Below are positions 14,882-22,225 of a stretch of DNA of 24,000 nucleotides, one piece after another. Under the pieces are notes generated by a model that saw only the letters and a list, made by a program, of their open reading frames with translations, did not search any database and was not told the origin of the DNA. Source of the stretch: Rickettsiales bacterium (lineage in GTDB: Bacteria; Pseudomonadota; Alphaproteobacteria; Rickettsiales; UBA3002). The stretch covers positions 2,161-26,160 of the forward strand of contig JBMOIY010000019.1 of the NCBI GenBank assembly GCA_049317085.1, written 5' to 3'. Position 1 is the stretch's first letter. The number at the start of each line of letters is the position of its first letter. The translations under genes and the position numbers were made by a program.

Positions 14882-16801
14882 TTAACGGCGGTAGCCTTCA
14901 AGATTCTGGTCAATGATATCCTTCACCAATTGCACCAATTTCGGCCCATACGGTGCGCCGTCCCACATTAAATGGTTATTCTTAAGGATTTGCTCGCTGA
15001 GCCCGCGCTTGTATTCGGCATCGTTGGCCAGCTTAACCGCCATCTCAGCGTATTCATTCAAATTCTTGGCTTCGGGTGCATCCGCGATACCCATGAGGGA
15101 ATAATAGGAATGTACAACCCGGCCACGCGCATACTCCCCCGGCATGGTTACAATCGGCAGCCCGAAGCCAAATGCATACTGCGCGGTGGTGCCGCCCCCG
15201 AAATAGATGGTATCGAGAATTGCATCAGACGCTTTGAGGACGCTAAGCAGGATTTCAAGCGGCTGCCAGCCGAAGAAGATGATTCGTGACTCATCACATT
15301 TCGCAAAGATACGTTTTTGAAGGATGTCGCTGGCGGCTTGCTGGCTGAAATCATTGAACAGCAGCAGCACCGCCTTTGGATCCTTCGAGAGGATATTACT
15401 CAGCACCCCATCGAAATCCGGGTGGAATTTCTGGATGGCCATCGGGCAGACATAGATGTTCTTGTCGTCCGGCAGGGTCATCTCCTCCCGCGTCAGCCAG
15501 CGCTTTGGCGCTTGTGGACGGGTGAACACGGTATCGATGCCTGCCGTGCATAACAGCCGCTCGGTATAATTCTCATCCGCCTGCGGCGGCTCGTAGGAGC
15601 GCGAAGAAATGACGTAATCAATCGTGTCGATACCGGTCGTCTCGGGATGCCCCTGGAAACAAGCCTGATGAGGTGCCAGCCGTGCCATGGCCAGCAGATG
15701 AGTCATCGGGTCCATCCCGATATCGGGATAGATAATGAGATCGAGCCTCTCATTTGCAATCATAGTCTGTGCTGCCGACACGTTATTCGGCAGTGAATGG
15801 ATTGGGATGGCCGCCGCATGGATGGTCTGTATTTTCTCATCCACGATATTGCCGATGCTGAACAGCATTACTGAAAATTCCGGCTGCGATGCCAGATGGA
15901 TCATCGCCCCGCGATAGCAATTCCCGACCGAATGGTTATGCATATAGCGCGACACGAACCCGATACGGATCTTTTCATCCGGCTGGCGCACAGGCTTCAC
16001 TTTGCAATGCGCCGCCGTGAAATTGATGGCCGGCTTACCGACAATGCGCAACATTTGCGCATAAAGTTTCACTAGCTCCTTGTTGTCGCGGTTATGGAAC
16101 GCGAGGCTGAAGACAGGATTGTTGCTCAGCAATGCTTCCTGACTGACCTGGGGCTTTTCAGCGATAAAGCGTTCTAGCGACGCCTTGAAATTTGCCCGCC
16201 CAGCATCGATCTCTTCCGAAGACAGATTGATACGCGGCAAATGGGTTTCATATTGAATCCGGAAACTCGCTGGCACCCGGAATTTGGATGTCAATGTACG
16301 ATAGGCAGCATCTGCTTCCGCGAACCGGTTATTAAGCTTGAGCGAAAGACAGTAAAATTTCTCCAGATCCATTGCATTCGGGAACCGCGGCAGGATATCT
16401 TCTAGATACGACGGCACCAGATGCGCCTGATTGAAGCGAATGAGCATGCCCATCAACGCCGCGTGGGCATCAGGATTTTCCGGCAGCACCTGCGTGGCCC
16501 GATGCGCTAGGCGCACCGCTTCCGTGCCATTGTTCTGGGCTTCGAGCAATTGGCAGAACAGTAGGTAAGTATCGATATTGTTCGGATCGATCTGCAGAGC
16601 GCGCTGATAATTATCCGCTGCCAGCATGTAATTTCCCGCGCTATGTGCGATGAACCCAAGCTTATGTAGCGCCTCAGCATGGTTTGGGTTCATCTGCAAC
16701 ACCTGCTGCAGCACATCCACCGCTTCCTGCACACGGTTCTTCGCCAGCGCGCTTTCGGCGATCTTCATCATTTTGCGAACGGGGGGGACAACCTGATTCA
16801 T
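14882..16801 (-). CDS. TPR-repeat + GT41-family glycosyltransferase (O-GlcNAc-transferase/SPINDLY-like; the architecture of Caulobacter FlmG)
   Basis: 639 aa. N-terminal TPRs (AEALHKLGFIAHSAGNYMLAADNYQRALQIDPNN...). The C-terminal blocks LDLIIYPDIGMDPMTHLLAMARLAPHQACFQGHPETTGIDTIDYVISS and LDTIYFGGGTTAQYAFGFGLPIVTMPGEYARGRVVHSYYSLMGI...AKNLNEYAEMAVKLANDAEY track the human OGT catalytic-domain blocks (LDT....G.TT....G.P.VTMPGE...RV..S.....AKN..EY...AVKL..D.EY) as I recall them. ATGA overlap with the upstream aminotransferase gene. Confidence 0.85.
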   Translation of the reverse strand: MNQVVPPVRKMMKIAESALAKNRVQEAVDVLQQVLQMNPNHAEALHKLGFIAHSAGNYMLAADNYQRALQIDPNNIDTYLLFCQLLEAQNNGTEAVRLAHRATQVLPENPDAHAALMGMLIRFNQAHLVPSYLEDILPRFPNAMDLEKFYCLSLKLNNRFAEADAAYRTLTSKFRVPASFRIQYETHLPRINLSSEEIDAGRANFKASLERFIAEKPQVSQEALLSNNPVFSLAFHNRDNKELVKLYAQMLRIVGKPAINFTAAHCKVKPVRQPDEKIRIGFVSRYMHNHSVGNCYRGAMIHLASQPEFSVMLFSIGNIVDEKIQTIHAAAIPIHSLPNNVSAAQTMIANERLDLIIYPDIGMDPMTHLLAMARLAPHQACFQGHPETTGIDTIDYVISSRSYEPPQADENYTERLLCTAGIDTVFTRPQAPKRWLTREEMTLPDDKNIYVCPMAIQKFHPDFDGVLSNILSKDPKAVLLLFNDFSQQAASDILQKRIFAKCDESRIIFFGWQPLEILLSVLKASDAILDTIYFGGGTTAQYAFGFGLPIVTMPGEYARGRVVHSYYSLMGIADAPEAKNLNEYAEMAVKLANDAEYKRGLSEQILKNNHLMWDGAPYGPKLVQLVKDIIDQNLEGYRR

Positions 16802-17964
16802 GCATTCTCCAAATTCGTCAATACTTCATCGAGCGACGCCGCAACCATGAGCAAATGCTTAGGCGGAATATCAACATAAAACGGCAGCGACACGATGGAT
16901 TCGCCCAACTGCTTGGTGACCGACAGATCTCCCCGCGGATAATTTGCGTAGGCCGGTTGCGTGTGGCAGCCCTTGTCCCACCATTGCCGCGCCTTGATGC
17001 CGCGCACCTGCAATTGCGAGATCACCCGATCCGCCATCGTTGTAGGCAGGCGAATATTACAGGTCGTCGTCACCGCATCGTCCGGGAACCACAGCAGCAG
17101 GTTATGTTTTTCTGTAACCGGAGCTAATGAGCGCTTATAGGTCTCGGTGATCTCCAGCCACTGTGCCCGCCGGTTCGGCCAGATATCGAGCGCTGCCAGC
17201 CCCACCGCACAGCCATATTCGCTGATTTTCGAGTTGATGCCAGGAATCGAGATGCGCCGCGTGTAATAGCCGAAATTGGTCTGCTCCTGCACATGCCGAA
17301 TCAGACCCGTATCGCGCGAGATGACCACCGCCCCCTCGCCGATACCGAGCACCTTGGTCGCATGCATGCTAAACACGACTGCCGTTCTGCCGAACTTCAC
17401 ATTGCGAAAGCTATCGAACCCTGATGCGGCATCGACAACCACCGGAATAGAGGTATCCGCCGTGAATTTATCCCATGCCTGGATATCGATTGGTTTGCCG
17501 AACGGCGCCGCCACCAGCACCGCGCCGATGACCCCGTTGATTTTGGTGATCTGCTTCTTCACCGCCTCCGGATCCAGTGCCCATGTCGCATCGTCACAAT
17601 CGATGAAATACGGGGTCATCTCCGCTGCGATAGCCGAAGCGGGTGTTGCAACAAACGTCCATGACGGAACAAGGCAATAGCTATCTTTAGGCAGATTCAA
17701 TGCCCTGAGTGTAGCGATCAGGCCCGAAGTAGCACTGGATGCAGTCACCGCACATTCCGTGGTGACCCCAAAATGCTCCGCCAACCGCCCACGGAATTCC
17801 TGCTCCAACGGGCCGAAATTCGTATACCAGCGCGCCGCATCGATACGTTTCAGGTACGGCAAAATATCCGCCGTCTCCGGCAGCATTGGCTTCAGCAGCT
17901 CGACCGTCTCGAACAGCTCTGGCACTGTGTTTTCGGCTGGTTTTGTCATCGCCTGCACCTGCAT
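16798..17964 (-). CDS. DegT/DnrJ/EryC1/StrS-family PLP-dependent sugar aminotransferase
   Basis: N-terminal ...ILPYLKRIDAARWYTNFGPLEQEFRGRLAEHFG and the PLP-lysine block VVFSMHATKVLGIGEGAVVIS are family signatures. The ATG at 17964 follows GAGGGA plus 4 nt; the track start, TTG 17976, sits inside that SD. Confidence 0.85.
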   Translation of the reverse strand: MQVQAMTKPAENTVPELFETVELLKPMLPETADILPYLKRIDAARWYTNFGPLEQEFRGRLAEHFGVTTECAVTASSATSGLIATLRALNLPKDSYCLVPSWTFVATPASAIAAEMTPYFIDCDDATWALDPEAVKKQITKINGVIGAVLVAAPFGKPIDIQAWDKFTADTSIPVVVDAASGFDSFRNVKFGRTAVVFSMHATKVLGIGEGAVVISRDTGLIRHVQEQTNFGYYTRRISIPGINSKISEYGCAVGLAALDIWPNRRAQWLEITETYKRSLAPVTEKHNLLLWFPDDAVTTTCNIRLPTTMADRVISQLQVRGIKARQWWDKGCHTQPAYANYPRGDLSVTKQLGESIVSLPFYVDIPPKHLLMVAASLDEVLTNLENA

Positions 17965-18036
17965 GATTTCCCTCAACTAACTCGACAATGTACGGTTAGG
18001 CAAGGGTTAAGCAAGGCTTGTGCCAATAGGAGGCAC

Positions 18037-18846
18037 TTATTTCCAGTAATCCACGAATTTCTCGGCAAAAATATACTGGTACATCGAGTCTCGGTTCATC
18101 GCATTCGCTTTCTCGATAATGGGCCGAATGATCGAAGCTGGCTGCTTGGACCACAGCCACAGCCGCGACGCCACGTTATACACCGAGCACTGGTAACCGT
18201 TCTGCTCGAACAGCAACTGCATCGACCGGTTAGTGAAGAACGAACAATGCACCGACAGCAGATAGAACCAATCCGGGTTCTGTGGCACATGTTCGGCCAC
18301 CAGCGTATGCAGGATCATCACCCCTTCATCACTCACAAGATCAAAGATGCCATCGAGCTGCGAACGGAACCGCAAATGCTCCATCACCGCGGTATGCGTG
18401 ACCAGGCTGAAGGCCTTCGGCTTCAACTCCCCCGCCTGCAAATACCCTTGCGCCGGGTTGCTGCTATGTTCGTATTTTTCGACCTTGAGCCCGTGGTCTA
18501 CCGCGAGCGCATTGACTAATTTGCCATCCCCCGCACCATAATCCAGCCAGCGGCCTTTGGGCAACAAACCTAAGTTCGCGCAATCACCAATAATCGCCGA
18601 CTGCGCCACGAACCGCTCCAGCCAGCGCGGATCTTCGGGGTTATCGTCCGTCCCCTGATAGAGCGACACCCACTGGTTATTCAACGTCTCCCACTCAGCA
18701 TCCGTCATCTCGTAATGCGTGCGCGAGAACACAAAACCACAGCCGTCGCACTTATCATAATACACGTCGCCGAGGTTGAATTGCTCGAAATGCTTCTGCA
18801 TGAACGGCTGCGTCGCACTGGCGCAGATAATGCATGGGATTGACAA
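18037..18846 (-). CDS. Class I SAM-dependent methyltransferase with an N-terminal CxxC...CxxC zinc ribbon
   Basis: 269 aa. Motif I is WLDYGAGDGKL. The N-terminus CIIC...(26 residues)...CDGCGFVF resembles the zinc-binding N-domain of NDP-sugar C-methyltransferases (Methyltransf_13-like). The TTG start at 18846 has GGAG plus 6 nt and is needed to include the first CxxC. Confidence 0.75.
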   Translation of the reverse strand: MSIPCIICASATQPFMQKHFEQFNLGDVYYDKCDGCGFVFSRTHYEMTDAEWETLNNQWVSLYQGTDDNPEDPRWLERFVAQSAIIGDCANLGLLPKGRWLDYGAGDGKLVNALAVDHGLKVEKYEHSSNPAQGYLQAGELKPKAFSLVTHTAVMEHLRFRSQLDGIFDLVSDEGVMILHTLVAEHVPQNPDWFYLLSVHCSFFTNRSMQLLFEQNGYQCSVYNVASRLWLWSKQPASIIRPIIEKANAMNRDSMYQYIFAEKFVDYWK

Positions 18847-18919
18847 AACAAACTCCGATTCTTACGGTTTTACCATTCGCGATACGCTAGCATGGCATCC
18901 ATAGAAAGGCCAGCACCTG

Positions 18920-20662
18920 ATGAAGTTCACCGCCCTCGAATTGCTCGAGACCTATGTATCGAGCGCCGAAACACACAGCGTTGCGCTAGGCGACTATGCG
19001 CCCGGGATCCATTGCACCAACCACGCTTTCTTCAAGAAAGAAGCAGACGGCTCTATTCCCTGGGTAGTGAGCCGCTCCTGCGACCATGCGGGCGGCAAAT
19101 TGCGCTTCTGCGATGGCGACAGCAGCAAAGCCATCTGCCCGTTACATAACTGGGAGTTCGATTTTAATAACCTCAGCTACACAAAAATCCCTAACCAGAC
19201 ATTTGAACATATCACCAAGAACTCATTGCCCTTCTCGGTCAAAGGCAATACCCTCACCTACGAAACCGAGCAGTTGAACCTGCGCGTCCCATCGTCTATC
19301 CCTCAGCCTAAAACCCCGATTGAAGTCGAGCTGCGCTTTATCACCCACGCTTCGGTAATGCTGGAACTGAACGGGCTGAAACTGCTGACTGACCCGTGGT
19401 ATGTCGGCGAATGCCTTGCTGGTGGCTGGTGGCTGAAGCAGCCCCCCAAAGCCGACGCGTGGGAATTGCTGAAAAGCGCAGACCTGCTCTACATCTCTCA
19501 CAACCACCCTGACCACTTGCACACCGAAACCCTCGCCCATGCCCACCGCGACATCCCCATCATCGTCCCGAAATTCGATACAGATTCCGTGACCACCCCC
19601 CTACGTGACCTCGGTTTCACCAACATTCACGAACTCGAACTCAAACGGCTCTACCGCGTCAACAACAGCGAACTGCTCATCAGCATCCTACCGACAGGCG
19701 ACCACCGAGACGATAGCGGCCTGTTCGTCGTACAAGGCGATTTCTCAGCCGTACTCACCGTCGATTGCGTCGGCACCAATCAATACGTGCTGCCGCAGGA
19801 TATAAGCATCCTTCTCACCAACTTCGCCTCCGGCGCCTCTGGCTGGCCGCTTTGCTACGAAGTCGTGGGTTCGCTCGACGAACGCGCGAAGATCGTCACC
19901 AAGAACCGCGGCAACGCCGTACTCGAGGTCATGAAATATATCGCCGCTACCAAACCGCGCGTTTATATGCCCTATGCCGGGTTCTTCGACGAACGCGCCC
20001 CCCGCGACCACACAATCAAAACCTATAACGTAAAAAATTCCTCCGCGAGCATTGTCGAAAAAGTCACCGCGAAATTCCCGATGGTGCAGGCTATCGACCC
20101 ACTACTCCATGACCGCATCCACTGGAAAAACGGCGAAGCGATGGTGAGCAACATCGACCAGCCACCGCTATTCACCTATGACGCGACTACCATCACCCAC
20201 TATCTCGATGCCCAGCGCAAGATGCTCAAGAAATTCGACATCGAAAAAATCGCTGAATATTTCAGCCAGTCCGAATTCAAGGACGACCTCATCGTCTACC
20301 TTGCGCTGACCGATGACGATTACACCCCAACCGGCCCCAGCTTGCGCATCGATTTCTCGACTACACCGATCACCCATAAAGTCATCGACGGCCCTACACT
20401 GCTCGCGCAATTCAACGCCCTCACCGAACTGAATGGCAAGCACCACCTCCTCATCAAAGCCCGCACCGACAGCCTCTGGCGCCTCGTCCATGAAGGCCGC
20501 CCGCTCGAGGAACTCACGTTGGGCTTCCAATGCCGCATCGACCGCAAGCCCGACCAGTACAGTGCCGCCTTCTGGCAGCATTACACCACCCACGGCGCCC
20601 CCATGCTGAAACGCGGTGAAGACAGGCTGCTCTATAAACTGCTCGAAGGCAGCGATGGCTGA
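18920..20662 (+). CDS. Rieske [2Fe-2S] + metallo-beta-lactamase-fold oxygenase, CMP-N-acetylneuraminate hydroxylase (CMAH)-like
   Basis: 580 aa. Rieske motif C54-D-H-(16 residues)-C73-P-L-H76 at 19079-19147. MBL motif H-N-H-P-D-H at 19499-19516. Many blocks shared with vertebrate CMAH as I recall it are listed in the first finding. Divergent from the methyltransferase operon across a 73-bp gap. Confidence 0.8.
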   Translation: MKFTALELLETYVSSAETHSVALGDYAPGIHCTNHAFFKKEADGSIPWVVSRSCDHAGGKLRFCDGDSSKAICPLHNWEFDFNNLSYTKIPNQTFEHITKNSLPFSVKGNTLTYETEQLNLRVPSSIPQPKTPIEVELRFITHASVMLELNGLKLLTDPWYVGECLAGGWWLKQPPKADAWELLKSADLLYISHNHPDHLHTETLAHAHRDIPIIVPKFDTDSVTTPLRDLGFTNIHELELKRLYRVNNSELLISILPTGDHRDDSGLFVVQGDFSAVLTVDCVGTNQYVLPQDISILLTNFASGASGWPLCYEVVGSLDERAKIVTKNRGNAVLEVMKYIAATKPRVYMPYAGFFDERAPRDHTIKTYNVKNSSASIVEKVTAKFPMVQAIDPLLHDRIHWKNGEAMVSNIDQPPLFTYDATTITHYLDAQRKMLKKFDIEKIAEYFSQSEFKDDLIVYLALTDDDYTPTGPSLRIDFSTTPITHKVIDGPTLLAQFNALTELNGKHHLLIKARTDSLWRLVHEGRPLEELTLGFQCRIDRKPDQYSAAFWQHYTTHGAPMLKRGEDRLLYKLLEGSDG

Positions 20663-20814
20663 AAAATCAATAGCTTGTCACAATCACACCCCCTTAGATG
20701 GAATAGCCCCTAAATAAATTGTGTATGTGTAAAAGAATGTGTAAAAATGGCCCACTTTAAAAAAAAGGGGCGGATGGTACCTTTTGGGGTCAAAAAATTA
20801 GAGTAGCCCCAACC

Positions 20815-21177
20815 TCAGACTGCACCGGGTTGAATCAGTACCCCAGCGGGAATACCAAGTCCGGCATGCAGCTTGCGAATCATCGGTAACGTCAATTCAC
20901 GTCGATGATTAAGCACCTCTGATACGCGCGCACGACTGCCAATGTAGGGCTCCATATCACGGCGCGAAAGGCCCTGCTGATCCATCGTAAATAAAATCGC
21001 CTCTACGGGATCTGGCGCTTGGATGGTATGATGTTTTTCTTCCCACGCAACAACCAGCGTCGAGAGTATATCCAAACGGTCACCTTGTGGCGAATTCGGG
21101 GCCGCATTCATCAATCCATCAATTTCTTGAAGGGCGCGTTTGTAGTCCTGTGCGGTTTTAATTGGTCGAATGTCCAT
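20815..21177 (-). CDS. higA: HigA-family antitoxin (XRE-type HTH)
   Basis: 120 aa. ...IKTAQDYKRALQEIDGLM......GDRLDILSTLVVAWEEKH..I...DPVEAILFTMDQQGLSRRDMEPYIGSRARVSEVLNHRRELTLPMIRKL is the typical HigA pattern. It lies 2 nt downstream of the higB stop. Confidence 0.85.
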   Translation of the reverse strand: MDIRPIKTAQDYKRALQEIDGLMNAAPNSPQGDRLDILSTLVVAWEEKHHTIQAPDPVEAILFTMDQQGLSRRDMEPYIGSRARVSEVLNHRRELTLPMIRKLHAGLGIPAGVLIQPGAV

Positions 21178-21179
21178 AC

Positions 21180-21479
21180 CTATATCTCCGTTACTTCGAT
21201 TGCGTCATAGTGCCGGTGTGTGCCGATAAAGCGGATATAGAGTACCCCGTAGGGGTAATTTATCTTGGCCACCAACCGATACTTATTACCTGCAATGTTA
21301 AACACCACACGGTTATCGCCGACGATACTTGCGCTACCTAAGGCCTTCTTTACTTCTGACGGCTTTGCCCAGTCAGCTTCCTCTGCTAATTTGAACCATG
21401 CCTTCAAAGGCTGTTCCGCATCGGCATAAGCAGGCTTTTCCCAAAAGTCGCGCAGTGTCTTACGGGCGATAATCCTCAT
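21180..21479 (-). CDS. higB: HigB-family type II toxin (mRNA interferase)
   Basis: 99 aa. MRIIARKTLRDFWEKPAYADAEQPLKAWFKLAEEADWAKPSEVKKALGSASIVGDNRVVFNIAGNKYRLVAKINYPYGVLYIRFIGTHRHYD matches the HigB_toxin (PF09907-like) pattern. The toxin-first gene order is typical of higBA. Confidence 0.85.
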   Translation of the reverse strand: MRIIARKTLRDFWEKPAYADAEQPLKAWFKLAEEADWAKPSEVKKALGSASIVGDNRVVFNIAGNKYRLVAKINYPYGVLYIRFIGTHRHYDAIEVTEI

Positions 21480-21496
21480 ACTCTTGTCCTTAGCAT

Positions 21497-21541
21497 GTTC
21501 CCGTTATGGGAGCAACCTTAAAATGATCCCATAGCGGGAAC
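21497..21541. promoter_or_regulatory. Imperfect 15-bp inverted repeat upstream of higB (candidate HigA/HigBA operator)
   Basis: GTTCCCGTTATGGGA (21497-21511), then 15 nt, then TCCCATAGCGGGAAC (21527-21541). The arms are reverse complements with one mismatch. The repeat begins 18-62 nt upstream of the higB start codon. Confidence 0.5.
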
Positions 21542-21838
21542 AATTTAAGTTTTCTTTATTTCCAATAGATAGCGACTATATCCTTAACTGCCAAACTCGC
21601 CGTACATCGGGCCGTCGCTCCGACCACAAAATGCTCAATCAACTTATCCTGGATGCTCTTGCTTAATCGACTCTTGCGCATGCTGTTCCGTAACACAAAA
21701 TGCGTTATCTGGTACAGCCCCTTCTATTATTTCCAACAGTTGCCGCAAAGCGTCCCGCCAGTGTCCCATGAGCTACAATCAGCCACTTCGGCAAACCGCC
21801 AAATCATCTATAATCTATTGATATATAATGGAAAGAAA

Positions 21839-21914
21839 TGGTGGCCAGAGACGGGATCGAACCGCCGACACGGGGATTTTCAATCCCCTGCTCTACCAGC
21901 TGAGCTATCTGGCC
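21839..21914 (-). tRNA. tRNA-Phe (anticodon GAA), CCA encoded
   Basis: Reverse complement: GGCCAGATAGCTCAGCTGGTAGAGCAGGGGATTGAAAATCCCCGTGTCGGCGGTTCGATCCCGTCTCTGGCCACCA. Acceptor stem GGCCAGA/TCTGGCC, D-arm GCTCAGCTGGTAGAGC, anticodon stem GGGGA/TCCCC with loop TTGAAAA, and T-arm GGCGGTTCGATCCCGTC. 76 nt, close to E. coli tRNA-Phe. Confidence 0.95.
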
Positions 21915-21948
21915 ACGTTGCGCTTCTCACGCATCTTGAAGAAGCAGT

Positions 21949-21977
21949 GCTATAGCCAAAGCACTCGCCCATGGCAA
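21949..21977 (-). promoter_or_regulatory. Candidate sigma70-type promoter for tRNA-Phe
   Basis: On the minus strand: TTGCCA (21977-21972), a 17-nt spacer, then TATAGC (21954-21949). The -10 element ends 34 nt upstream of the mature tRNA 5' end. Confidence 0.35.
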
Positions 21978-22030
21978 GCGCGGCGTGTGTGAGGGGGAAG
22001 ATTTTGCGGTGGAGGGCGGATTCGCCAGGG

Positions 22031-22225
22031 TTACTGGTCTTCGGGCGAGCCATTCAACAGCGCTTCGGCGGCGGCTAAGCTCTCATCGTCCACATCGTCG
22101 AGTTCCACCGCTGGCACGGCGTAGGAGCCGGTGAACCATTTGTTGAGGTCGACCTGCCGGCAGCGCTCGGAGCAGAAGGGCTTATGCTCGGGCTTGGTGG
22201 GCTTGAAACAGACCGGACACGTCAT
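22031..22225 (-). CDS. yacG: DNA gyrase inhibitor YacG (zinc-ribbon protein)
   Basis: 64 aa. MTCPVCFKPTKPEHKPFCSERCRQVDLNKWF..SY.VP is the CPxC...FCSxRCxxxDLxxW YacG signature. ATGA overlap with the upstream trhO-like gene. Confidence 0.85.
   Translation of the reverse strand: MTCPVCFKPTKPEHKPFCSERCRQVDLNKWFTGSYAVPAVELDDVDDESLAAAEALLNGSPEDQ

Noticed and set aside
17773-18519. 248-aa plus-strand ORF bridging the aminotransferase and methyltransferase genes
   Set aside because: It is antisense to two well-supported genes and crosses their intergenic gap. It is Arg/His/Gln-rich with no motif.
20663-20814. Terminator or att site between the CMAH-like gene and higA
   Set aside because: Only weak hairpins are present (AAAAGG..11 nt..CCTTTT), along with a short ATGTGTAAAA tandem. 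No convincing stem-loop with a U-tract was found, and there is no match to the tRNA-Phe 3' end.
21541-21838. Degenerate tyrosine-integrase fragment next to tRNA-Phe
   Set aside because: Only a few residues are reminiscent of P4-type integrases (RFAEVAD; W...L..LLE.I). They are split across frames and sit too close to the tRNA to leave room for the N-terminal arm-binding domain. This is not supportable as a feature without BLASTX. It is kept only as a remark in the island finding.
21653-21955. 100-aa plus-strand ORF
   Set aside because: It overlaps the tRNA-Phe gene on the opposite strand and the non-coding spacer, so it is spurious.
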